This document shows positions 16,302 to 24,000 of a stretch of 24,000 nucleotides of DNA, in pieces; position 1 is the first letter of the stretch, and each line of letters begins with the position of its first letter. Both the position numbers and the translations under genes were made by a program. The notes below the pieces were generated by a model, which was given only the letters and a program-made list of their open reading frames with translations, did no database searches and was not told the origin of the DNA. Source of the DNA: an uncultured Odoribacter sp. (GTDB lineage Bacteria; Bacteroidota; Bacteroidia; Bacteroidales; Marinifilaceae); NCBI GenBank assembly GCA_910578105.1, contig CAJTPD010000011.1:1-24000 (forward strand). Direction: 5' to 3'.

Positions 16302-16483
16302 GCACGTTTCTTATTCTTTAAAAAATTAACAATCTTTATCTTACAGTCTAAAACTATAAAAATTACAAATTGCAACAAAGATATAAATTTCTCAAAAAAA
16401 CAAAACTATTTCTCAGGTATCAAAGTCCTTTGGAATTATAACATTCTATTCTGGATAATATTGCGCTACTAAAAAAAATATTC

Positions 16484-16491
16484 TATTTTTG
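16484..16491 (+). promoter_or_regulatory. Bacteroidota -7 promoter box (TATTTTTG) for galK
   Basis: Exact TAnnTTTG match 41 nt upstream of the galK ATG. Confidence 0.45.
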
Positions 16492-16531
16492 TTCACATTA
16501 TGTGCAATATAACCTACTCTGACAATATAAT

Positions 16532-17686
16532 ATGAATACACAAGAACTGGAACATAAATTTGAAGAAATATATGGCCGAAAAGCGGAACATGCTTTTTTT
16601 GCTCCTGGCCGGGTCAACCTTATTGGTGAACATACTGATTATAACGGAGGTTTGGTTTTCCCTTGTGCACTAAGTTTCGGAACCTATCTTCTGGTTTCTA
16701 AAAGAAATGACCGGACCAACCATTTCAACAGCATTAACATGAAATTTTCTGCCACAGCAGATGCCCATGCTTTTGTCGAAAAGCCAGTCGAATGGATTAA
16801 ATATCCATTGGGAGTAATGAAAGAATTTGCAGACCGTGGTTTCAATGTCTGGGGGTATGACTTATTGTATTATGGAAACATTCCCAACGGAGCCGGCCTT
16901 TCTTCCTCCGCTTCCATTGAAGTTGTGACAGCAGTCATGTTAAATGAAATGACAAATGCAGGTCTGGACATGATTGAACTGGTTAAAATTTCTCAAAAAG
17001 CTGAAAACGTTTATGTCGGCGTAAACTGTGGAATCATGGACCAATTCGCCGTAGGTATGGGCAAAAAAGAGCATGCAATAGCCTTGGATTGTGCCAGCCT
17101 GAAATATGACTATGTTCCCCTGTCCATGAAAGGCTACAAACTGGTAATCGCAAATACGAACAAAAAAAGAGGATTAGCAGACTCAAAATACAATGAAAGA
17201 AGAAAGGAATGTGATGCTGCCGTATCAGCCATTTCTGCCGTTCATAAAATCAATTACCTCTGTGAGCTGAACGAAGAAGAATTCAATAATTACAGTTCAC
17301 AAATTCAAAATGACACAATTCGCCGGCGTGCTCAACATGCCGTTTCGGAAAACCAGCGTGTAATCACTGCAATCACCGCATTAAAAACAGGTAATCTTCA
17401 AAAATTCGGCCAACTGATGAATGCATCGCACAAATCTTTGAAAGAAGATTACGAAGTTACCGGCACTGAATTGGATACCCTGGCAGAAGAAGGCCAGCAT
17501 CTGGAAGGAGTGTTAGGTTCCCGGATGACCGGAGCAGGATTCGGAGGCTGCACTGTAACATTGGTTGCAGAAGATAAAGTAGATAATTACATCCGGAAAG
17601 TCAGCCAACTTTATAAATCTAAAGTAAATCTGGAAGCGACATTTTATATAGCTGACATTGGAGAAGGCGCACGTAAACTCTATTAA
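16532..17686 (+). CDS. galK: Galactokinase
   Basis: Signature GRVNLIGEHTDYNGG and the GHMP motif PNGAGLSSSAS. Confidence 0.95.
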   Translation: MNTQELEHKFEEIYGRKAEHAFFAPGRVNLIGEHTDYNGGLVFPCALSFGTYLLVSKRNDRTNHFNSINMKFSATADAHAFVEKPVEWIKYPLGVMKEFADRGFNVWGYDLLYYGNIPNGAGLSSSASIEVVTAVMLNEMTNAGLDMIELVKISQKAENVYVGVNCGIMDQFAVGMGKKEHAIALDCASLKYDYVPLSMKGYKLVIANTNKKRGLADSKYNERRKECDAAVSAISAVHKINYLCELNEEEFNNYSSQIQNDTIRRRAQHAVSENQRVITAITALKTGNLQKFGQLMNASHKSLKEDYEVTGTELDTLAEEGQHLEGVLGSRMTGAGFGGCTVTLVAEDKVDNYIRKVSQLYKSKVNLEATFYIADIGEGARKLY

Positions 17687-17707
17687 TAACTACGATAAAA
17701 TAAAATT

Positions 17708-19339
17708 ATGAATCCAAGTTTTCACATCATAGATTTTGTCATATTAGGCATCTATGCTATTTTATTAGTTGGTGTTGGTCTGTGGGTTTCCCGTACCAAA
17801 AAAGGACAAACCAAAACCGCTGAAGATTACTTTTTGGCCAGTAAAGCATTACCGTGGTGGGCCATCGGTTCATCCTTAATAGCAGCCAATATTTCAGCAG
17901 AACAATTCATTGGTATGTCCGGTTCCGGATTTGCAGGGGGATTAGCCATCGCTTCTTACGAATTTATGGCAGCTCTGACCCTCATCATTGTCGGTAAATT
18001 TTTCTTGCCTGTTTTCATCAAACAAGGCATCTATACTATTCCGGAATTCGTTGAAAAACGTTTTTCCACCAACCTGAAAACTATTCTGGCTGTCTTTTGG
18101 ATTGCCTTATTCCTTTTCGTAAATCTAACTTCGGTATTATATCTTGGAGGTAAAGCTATCGATACAATTATCGGTACAGGTGACGGAAGTATGATTATCC
18201 CGGCTATTATAGCATTAGCCCTGTTTGCTGCAGCATATTCATTGTATGGCGGCCTTTCTGCAGTAGCCTGGACTGATGTTATTCAAGTAGCACTTTTAGT
18301 TATCGGAGGTATTATTACAACCTTAGTCGCCTTACATTATGTCACTCCGGAGGGAGGTATCATGAATGGAATTTCTCATATAGCAAATGTTGCTGGTGAC
18401 AAATTCGATATGGTACTTTCCAGGGACCACAAAGAATACAACAACCTGCCCGGCATCTATGTGCTGATTGGCGGACTCTGGGTGGCAAACCTGTACTATT
18501 GGGGATTCAACCAATACATCATTCAACGGACACTGGCAGCCAAATCATTAAAAGAAGCCCAAAGAGGTATTGCATTCGCAGCTTTCCTGAAAATGTTAAT
18601 TCCTTTCATTGTTGCTATACCCGGAATTGTAGCCTACGTGATGTACACCGAAAATTTACATGAAGCAAAAAATGCATTCGAAATTGCCGGTTCTACAGCA
18701 TTAAATAATGACAATGCTTATCCCTGGTTAATCAGTACCTTTATTCCTGTTGGCATCAAAGGATTGGTTCTGGCCGCATTAGCCGCAGCCATTGTATCTT
18801 CATTAGCTTCCATGCTGAATTCTACATCTACCATCTTTACCATGGATATTTATAAACCTTATATCAACCAAGCTGCTTCGCAAACCAAATTAGTGAATGT
18901 CGGCCGTTTAACCGCCGGAGTAGCCTTGGTTATTGCTGTGCTACTGGCTCCGCTTCTAGGGGGTATCGACCAGATGTTCCAATATATTCAGGAATATACC
19001 GGATTGGTTAGTCCGGGTATTCTGGCGGTATTTCTCATGGGATTATTCTGGAAGAAAGCAACCAACAAAGGGGCCATCTGGGGGGTATTATGCTCAATTC
19101 CTATTGCTTTAATTTTCAAATTATTACCATTTGAAATGCCTTTTATGGACCAAATGTTTTACACTTGCATTCTCACCATTGTCATTATTTTCATGGTTAG
19201 TTTAAGCAGTTGTCCGACAGATGATGACCCGAAAGCCATCAAATTAACCTCAGATATGTTTAAAACAGATAAAGTTTTCAATATCTGTGCCTATATCATT
19301 TGCATCTTATTAGCTGTAATCTACACGGTATTCTTTTAA
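17708..19339 (+). CDS. Sodium:solute symporter (SGLT-type, probable Na+/galactose-glucose transporter)
   Basis: 543 aa, polytopic, SSS-family sequence. It starts 21 nt downstream of galK. Confidence 0.88.
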   Translation: MNPSFHIIDFVILGIYAILLVGVGLWVSRTKKGQTKTAEDYFLASKALPWWAIGSSLIAANISAEQFIGMSGSGFAGGLAIASYEFMAALTLIIVGKFFLPVFIKQGIYTIPEFVEKRFSTNLKTILAVFWIALFLFVNLTSVLYLGGKAIDTIIGTGDGSMIIPAIIALALFAAAYSLYGGLSAVAWTDVIQVALLVIGGIITTLVALHYVTPEGGIMNGISHIANVAGDKFDMVLSRDHKEYNNLPGIYVLIGGLWVANLYYWGFNQYIIQRTLAAKSLKEAQRGIAFAAFLKMLIPFIVAIPGIVAYVMYTENLHEAKNAFEIAGSTALNNDNAYPWLISTFIPVGIKGLVLAALAAAIVSSLASMLNSTSTIFTMDIYKPYINQAASQTKLVNVGRLTAGVALVIAVLLAPLLGGIDQMFQYIQEYTGLVSPGILAVFLMGLFWKKATNKGAIWGVLCSIPIALIFKLLPFEMPFMDQMFYTCILTIVIIFMVSLSSCPTDDDPKAIKLTSDMFKTDKVFNICAYIICILLAVIYTVFF

Positions 19340-19365
19340 AATAAAGTGTTGGGATTGAACAGCTC

Positions 19366-19402
19366 AAAAAAAACGGAGTTCAAAATCTGAACTCCGTTTT
19401 TT
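19366..19402. terminator. Bidirectional rho-independent terminator between the symporter gene and rpoD
   Basis: An A-tract precedes the CGGAGTTC (19374-19381) / GAACTCCG (19389-19396) stem, and a T-tract follows it. Confidence 0.8.
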
Positions 19403-19438
19403 ATTATAATCAGCACATGAACATAAACTTTCCGGAAA

Positions 19439-20308
19439 TTATAAATAATTTTTCAACCGCTTAGTATTTTTCATTTCTTTCAATTTACGGATTGCTTTGG
19501 ACTTTACCTGTCTGACCCTTTCGCTAGTCAACCCCAGTTTTGTTCCAATCTCTTCCAGAGACATGGCGGAATACTCTTTTAAACCGTAATACATATTTAA
19601 AATAGAAGCTTCCCGTTCGGAAAGAATAGCAAAAGAACGTTCTATATCCTTTCTCAACGAATCCAGATTCAACAACGCCTCCGGTCCTTGAATAGCCGGC
19701 TCTGTAGCAATATAAATTTCATATAATGAAGTAGATTCCTCGTCCGTTGTCAATGGAGCGTCCATTGAAACCGGTTTACTGGCAATTTTCAGATTTTCCT
19801 TCACCTCCGCCGGCGTTATGTCCATTTTCTCTGCAATTTCATCCTCTGTCGGTTCCCGCTGAAATTCCTGTTCTAAAACAGTATAACAACGATTCACTTT
19901 ATTAATTGTACTAATTTTATTTAACGGCAAACGGATCAAACGGGCATTCTCAGCAATAGCTTGTAAAATAGATTGCCGGATCCACCATACTGCATAAGAA
20001 ATAAACTTGAAACCCTTGGTTTCATCAAAACATTCTGCCGCTTTTATCAATCCCAGATTACCTTCATTTATCAGATCCCCAAGAGTCAACCCATGATTTT
20101 GATATTGTTTCGCAACAGATACAACAAAACGTAAATTACTTAAAACCAATTTTTCACGTGCAATTTTATCCCCTGTCCGGATTTTTTTGGCCAAATCAGC
20201 TTCTTCTTCAGGTGATAAAACATGAATTTTGCCTATCTCCTGAAGGTATTTTTCCATGGCATATGATTCACGCCCGGTAATCTGCTTTGTTATTTTAAGC
20301 TGCCTCAT
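19439..20308 (-). CDS. rpoD: Primary RNA polymerase sigma factor (short Bacteroidota sigma-70)
   Basis: Region 2 contains FKFISYAVWWIRQSI and region 4.2 contains LEEIGTKLGLTSERVRQVKSKAIRKL. The 289-aa length is typical of Bacteroidota SigA. Confidence 0.92.
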   Translation of the reverse strand: MRQLKITKQITGRESYAMEKYLQEIGKIHVLSPEEEADLAKKIRTGDKIAREKLVLSNLRFVVSVAKQYQNHGLTLGDLINEGNLGLIKAAECFDETKGFKFISYAVWWIRQSILQAIAENARLIRLPLNKISTINKVNRCYTVLEQEFQREPTEDEIAEKMDITPAEVKENLKIASKPVSMDAPLTTDEESTSLYEIYIATEPAIQGPEALLNLDSLRKDIERSFAILSEREASILNMYYGLKEYSAMSLEEIGTKLGLTSERVRQVKSKAIRKLKEMKNTKRLKNYL

Positions 20309-20467
20309 ACTCTGGATAGATGTCTCTAAAATTAATTAATTTTTATCAAAAAAACAAATCTTTTGAATATTTCTTTCAACTTCTTTTAATACGATTACAG
20401 AAAACTTTAGTTACAGTACCCCCAAATAAAAAAAGTTACTTTTATTTGGAGTCACAAAAAAATTACC

Positions 20468-20475
20468 TACTTTTG
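20468..20475 (+). promoter_or_regulatory. Bacteroidota -7 promoter box (TACTTTTG) for rpmH
   Basis: Exact TAnnTTTG match 40 nt upstream of the rpmH ATG. Confidence 0.45.
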
Positions 20476-20514
20476 CAGTCCAAAGTGAGAAAATAATAAT
20501 AAAATATAGTTACG

Positions 20515-20673
20515 ATGAAACGGACATTTCAACCCTCAAACACGAAAAGAAGAAACAAACACGGTTTCAGAGCCAGAATGGCCTCTGCAGGAGGAAGAGC
20601 AGTATTAGCCAGAAGAAGAGCAAAAGGAAGAAAAAAACTGACTGTGTCAGATGAACGCAGACACAAAGCATAA
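20515..20673 (+). CDS. rpmH: 50S ribosomal protein L34
   Basis: I translated this by hand as [52 protein letters not shown] (52 aa). It falls below the ORF-track length cutoff. Confidence 0.93.
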   Translation: MKRTFQPSNTKRRNKHGFRARMASAGGRAVLARRRAKGRKKLTVSDERRHKA

Positions 20674-20687
20674 TTTCTTAAAAATAT

Positions 20688-20717
20688 AAAAAAGCTGCTT
20701 ACAAAGCAGCTTTTTTT
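20688..20717. terminator. Rho-independent terminator after rpmH
   Basis: GCTGCTT (20694-20700) pairs with AAGCAGC (20704-20710). An A-run lies upstream and TTTTTTT downstream. Confidence 0.8.
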
Positions 20718-20761
20718 ATATAGAATAATAGCTTAAATTTGCCTGAGCGAAATACAAACAA

Positions 20762-21514
20762 ATGGGAAAAGAGCAAAAAAAAATCAAGGGTATTGAACAA
20801 CTGCTGGCTATGGCTGGAGCCAATCTGAATATCCTGGAAGAGGAAGTGGACATAAAAGTACAGAAAGAATATTTCAGCCTGGCACATAAAATCAGTCAAA
20901 ATTCCCATACCTATTCTAAAATAAAAAAAGAATACCTGGAACACATCAACGACCTTTTTAATGAAGAAACGGATATTGATGTAAAAAAAAGAATGTTGGT
21001 CGTTTTAGCAAATATCGATGATGTTGCTGTGTACCGGACCATTGAGAATCTCTCCCGACAAGAATCCCCCATACAAAAATGGGCCATAATCGCCTTGCAA
21101 CAGTCACGCATGTTGCTACAATCTACGCTTTTAGACGATCCGGGTATTTTCATTTCCACTGGTTTAGGCGGCCATGGACTGCTTTTACGATATTTCTGTG
21201 TCTTTTTTAACCGCATTCCTGGGGAATTACCTGTTTTTCAACAGAATACATTAAAAAACGAACTAAAAACACTCATCTGTAAAGCCCAGGGAACCATTGA
21301 AAATATTGAATTCAAACCGGATTTTACAACAGTGTTGTTGTTATTACCCCTGCAAACAGAGCTTCAGGTTCTTTTTGCCGGCCTTATCGACGAATGTAAC
21401 CTATATGGAAATTTTCTCCATGAAAATATGATTGTGACAAACGTAAAAAAATTGACAGATGAAGAAATTTGTCAACTATTACATCATAATAATCCCCGGG
21501 AAGTTCTTAAATAG
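20762..21514 (+). CDS. Hypothetical protein, no recognisable domain
   Basis: A 250-aa ORF with an ATG start and coding-like composition. The antisense ORFs at 20699-20944 and 20911-21216 look spurious. I recognise no motif. Confidence 0.65.
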   Translation: MGKEQKKIKGIEQLLAMAGANLNILEEEVDIKVQKEYFSLAHKISQNSHTYSKIKKEYLEHINDLFNEETDIDVKKRMLVVLANIDDVAVYRTIENLSRQESPIQKWAIIALQQSRMLLQSTLLDDPGIFISTGLGGHGLLLRYFCVFFNRIPGELPVFQQNTLKNELKTLICKAQGTIENIEFKPDFTTVLLLLPLQTELQVLFAGLIDECNLYGNFLHENMIVTNVKKLTDEEICQLLHHNNPREVLK

Positions 21515-23570
21515 TTAAACGCAATTGTACCGTTATATCACACAATTTATTTCCTTCTACTTTTGTCACTCCCGAACTCATCTCATCCAACCCTGGATAG
21601 ATAATGAATCCGGTTTTCAGATAACAAGTCAATTTTTTGACGGGCTTCCAGTTTAAATTGAGATAAGTACGAAAGCCTTTTCCCATAAAAGCCGGAAAAG
21701 AATAACCATACAATACATTATTTTCAAAAGCATAAATTCTGGACTGATAAGAATCTGTTTTAAACCAGGCCATACGATACTGTATCTTCAGATTACTTTT
21801 CCGGGAAGAATATATTAAATCCTGATAAACCATATATCCCCATTCTTTTACTACATCTTTATGATAATGAACCATACTGAACCTTGTCCTCAATTCTATC
21901 TGTCTATTAAGGATATAATTCAATTGATAACGGCACTCCCCCTTTTCCCGTTGAACAGAACTTCCTCCTTTTATATCTTCAGGATGCACTTCACATTTAT
22001 ACCTTAAGGTATGTTCAAATTGTTTATGCCGATACCCGGCTTGCGCCAAAAATTCCCATCCGGTGCCGGGTAAAGAAGCCCCATACCGGGGACTAAAAAA
22101 ATGAAACCAGTCACAATAAAGATTAAATTTCAGATTTCTCAAGGGATTCAAATCTACTCCGCAATACACACCTTCCTCATTGGAAGTATTGGAATATTCC
22201 CCGAAACCGGATGCATAATGTGACACATAACGTTTATCATATCTGCGATATAACACACACATAGACATCCAGGACAAACTGGTTCGAAGTCCGTCTACAG
22301 TTGCCCATCCCCCATCTTCACTCCTGGCAGTCTCTCCGAACAGATAAATTCCCTGCCAGGAGGTTTTATAGTCTACACTCACCAACCACCGGTTGGAACC
22401 ATTATCATTGTATTGTTGATAAACACGCTCTCCCGGAATAAGGGCCGGAGAAAAATCATAATACAAAACATTCAGTCCCACTTTACAAACCGCAGTATTC
22501 CAATGAACAGACAACCCGGAAGTTCTTTCTTTTAAAGTATGCTTTTTCTGACATTCTAAATAATTACGGTGATATCCGGATTCATATAGAGATACCGATA
22601 AAAAATCTTCTTCCGACAAAGTATCCGCACGCATCACATTTCCATCGGTTTTCTTCTGAGAAAAAAAACACTCAGCAGTAAGATTTCTCAATAATCCAAT
22701 AGACAAGGCACCCCCTCTCAAATAATTATTTTCATCGGTAGAAGTATAAGGAACTATCCCCTTGGCTGATTTCTCATTCCCAACAGTCATATCCGATTTT
22801 CCGGAAGCAAAACCACCCCATGCAACTAATCCTTGCCCCCATTGAATCCGGTAATCCCCGATAATAAACCGCCGGAGAAAATGTTCTGAAGAAAATGCAA
22901 TATGAGCAGATAAAAAATCAAAACCAGTTTTCTGATAACGGGTAAAATAAGCTTCTCCGGGATCATTCTTCAAAGTAAACCCACCTTGTAAATGATTTCC
23001 GTAATTCAACTTATATTTTATCAATGTTCCCGCCGCCGGTCCGCGAAAACGATTTTCCAATTTCCGTTCGTAATCTTTCTTTTTTTCAAAATCAGCAGGA
23101 AAATATACTTTATATCCCTCCTGCCGGGGGAGACTTGTACGGACTTTCGCCAATACTTCCTGTTTCATTCTTTTATGGATAATCTGCAAACGTTCTCTTC
23201 GCACCTGTTCTCCCAAAGTGATAAAACAAGCTATATTTTCCACATCCTTTTTACTAATTCCCGGCACCCACAATAACTCATTCACATGGATAAAATTGCC
23301 ATACTTCTTCCGGAAAGTCAACATCTGATCAATCTGACTGTCAGATAAAAGAAACAACATTTTCAAAGAATCAAAATCAGCAGTATTCACATTCAACGGA
23401 GAAGAGGACAGTTGAAGCAAGGTATTTACCAGCTCTTCATAATTGTCTTCAGTACTTCCAATATTATTACTCTCAAGTAATTTTTCAATATCAGGGAAAT
23501 CCTGTGCCATACTTATCCAATGAAAACCAGCGACAAACATCAACAATAAAAAAAGATTACTGTATTTCAT
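21507..23570 (-). CDS. Secreted ComEA-like helix-hairpin-helix domain protein with a large C-terminal beta-barrel-like region
   Basis: Signal peptide MKYSNLFLLLMFVAGFHWISMAQ. The segment LNVNTADFDSLK...FRKKYGNFIHVNELLWVPGISKKDVENI matches the ComEA HhH pattern. The remaining ~550 aa is rich in alternating aromatic/polar beta-strand-like segments. Confidence 0.8.
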   Translation of the reverse strand: MKYSNLFLLLMFVAGFHWISMAQDFPDIEKLLESNNIGSTEDNYEELVNTLLQLSSSPLNVNTADFDSLKMLFLLSDSQIDQMLTFRKKYGNFIHVNELLWVPGISKKDVENIACFITLGEQVRRERLQIIHKRMKQEVLAKVRTSLPRQEGYKVYFPADFEKKKDYERKLENRFRGPAAGTLIKYKLNYGNHLQGGFTLKNDPGEAYFTRYQKTGFDFLSAHIAFSSEHFLRRFIIGDYRIQWGQGLVAWGGFASGKSDMTVGNEKSAKGIVPYTSTDENNYLRGGALSIGLLRNLTAECFFSQKKTDGNVMRADTLSEEDFLSVSLYESGYHRNYLECQKKHTLKERTSGLSVHWNTAVCKVGLNVLYYDFSPALIPGERVYQQYNDNGSNRWLVSVDYKTSWQGIYLFGETARSEDGGWATVDGLRTSLSWMSMCVLYRRYDKRYVSHYASGFGEYSNTSNEEGVYCGVDLNPLRNLKFNLYCDWFHFFSPRYGASLPGTGWEFLAQAGYRHKQFEHTLRYKCEVHPEDIKGGSSVQREKGECRYQLNYILNRQIELRTRFSMVHYHKDVVKEWGYMVYQDLIYSSRKSNLKIQYRMAWFKTDSYQSRIYAFENNVLYGYSFPAFMGKGFRTYLNLNWKPVKKLTCYLKTGFIIYPGLDEMSSGVTKVEGNKLCDITVQLRLTI

Positions 23571-23906
23571 TGCATGAATTAAAAATTATGTGCTTCGCTG
23601 ACAGGCCGGATTTCGCAACAATCAGACGGCACCCCAAAAACAATTGTTCATCCCGTTTAGAAAAAATACAACCTTATACATACACAACATGATCAAATTT
23701 ACAAAATTTATAGATATTTTCAAACTTTAAAACCAATCATTTATCTCCAAAAGTTCAAAAATATTCGGTGGATAGATAAAAATCCATGTTTTGAAAACCA
23801 TCCCGGAGTCCGGTTTTGTAGACACAAGAAAAAGATTGTACGGCCACAAAAGCTCTCACCACCTTCACAAGTTGAAGTCCACCAGATTTAACATTAAAAA
23901 TACAAT

Positions 23907-23999
23907 CTAGTTTGTTTTTAAATCATATTTTACCTCTGCTAATTCTTTATTAGCCTCAACTATTTTTTTCTTCAAGGATGCCTTAAATTCTATCATCTT
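23907..23999 (-). CDS. C-terminal end of an unidentified CDS running off the window
   Basis: The minus-strand frame reads ...KMIEFKASLKKKIVEANKELAEVKYDLKTN and stops at TAG (23907-23909). Only 30 codons are visible. Confidence 0.3.
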   Translation of the reverse strand, partial: KMIEFKASLKKKIVEANKELAEVKYDLKTN

Positions 24000-24000
24000 C

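Noticed and set aside
20422-20449. Perfect 10-bp AT-rich palindrome CCAAATAAAA/TTTTATTTGG in the rpoD-rpmH divergent promoter region
   Set aside because: It could be an operator, but AT-rich palindromes of this size are common in Bacteroidota promoter spacers. Another example is TTTTTTGTT/AACAAAAAA near 8076-8098. Nothing ties it to a regulator.
368-23692. Antisense or nested track ORFs: 368-622, 5070-5333, 6154-6384, 7005-7235, 8223-8468, 8325-8525, 9356-9550, 10202-10507, 10536-10724, 11287-11490, 11526-11810, 11546-11773, 11859-12134, 12343-12528, 12932-13120, 13331-13732, 14239-14454, 14609-15010, 15423-15755, 16254-16472, 18332-18526, 20699-20944, 20911-21216, 22992-23276 and 23504-23692
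   Set aside because: Each is embedded in, or antisense to, a longer ORF with clear homology-type motifs, or sits in a promoter spacer. Their sequences are low-complexity or odd in composition (Cys/His/Phe/Ile-rich), as expected for shadow frames.
1-24000. CRISPR arrays, IS elements, integrases and known multi-gene defence systems
   Set aside because: No regularly spaced direct repeats are present, no transposase or recombinase-like ORFs, and no cas, restriction-modification, CBASS, retron or similar gene signatures in any frame.

Overview
This looks like a chromosomal window from a Bacteroidota (Bacteroidales-like) genome. Supporting signs are TAnnTTTG-type -7 promoter boxes, no Shine-Dalgarno dependence, a short sigma-70 RpoD, a DUF2723 membrane protein, and a lipoprotein with an acidic post-Cys export signal. 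About 21 kb is ordinary housekeeping sequence: clpP-clpX, pyrE, a NUDIX hydrolase, an APH-family kinase, a tRNA operon (Leu-GAG, Leu-CAG x2, Gln-UUG), a DUF2723 GT-C-like protein, prfB with its classical +1 frameshift, a heptose-7-phosphate kinase, pdxS-pdxT, a galM/galK/Na+-symporter cluster, rpoD and rpmH. The unusual part is the AT-rich left end (1-2620). It holds two inverted copies of an ~80-nt hairpin element, a surface LRR lipoprotein built from near-identical 63-bp repeats, and an orphan RES-domain-like (NAD+-targeting toxin family) gene. Two interleaved pairs of inverted repeats bracket that RES-like gene. The region ends in a tRNA-Gly(UCC)-like gene with a clean 32-nt hairpin-forming insertion between the conserved D-loop guanines G18/G19 and a rewired anticodon stem. 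A second point of interest at the right end is a ComEA-like helix-hairpin-helix domain fused to a probable outer-membrane beta-barrel, convergently overlapping an unrecognisable 250-aa ORF. I saw no CRISPR array, transposase, integrase or recognisable multi-gene defence system. All functional calls rest on motif recognition by eye, not on searches.
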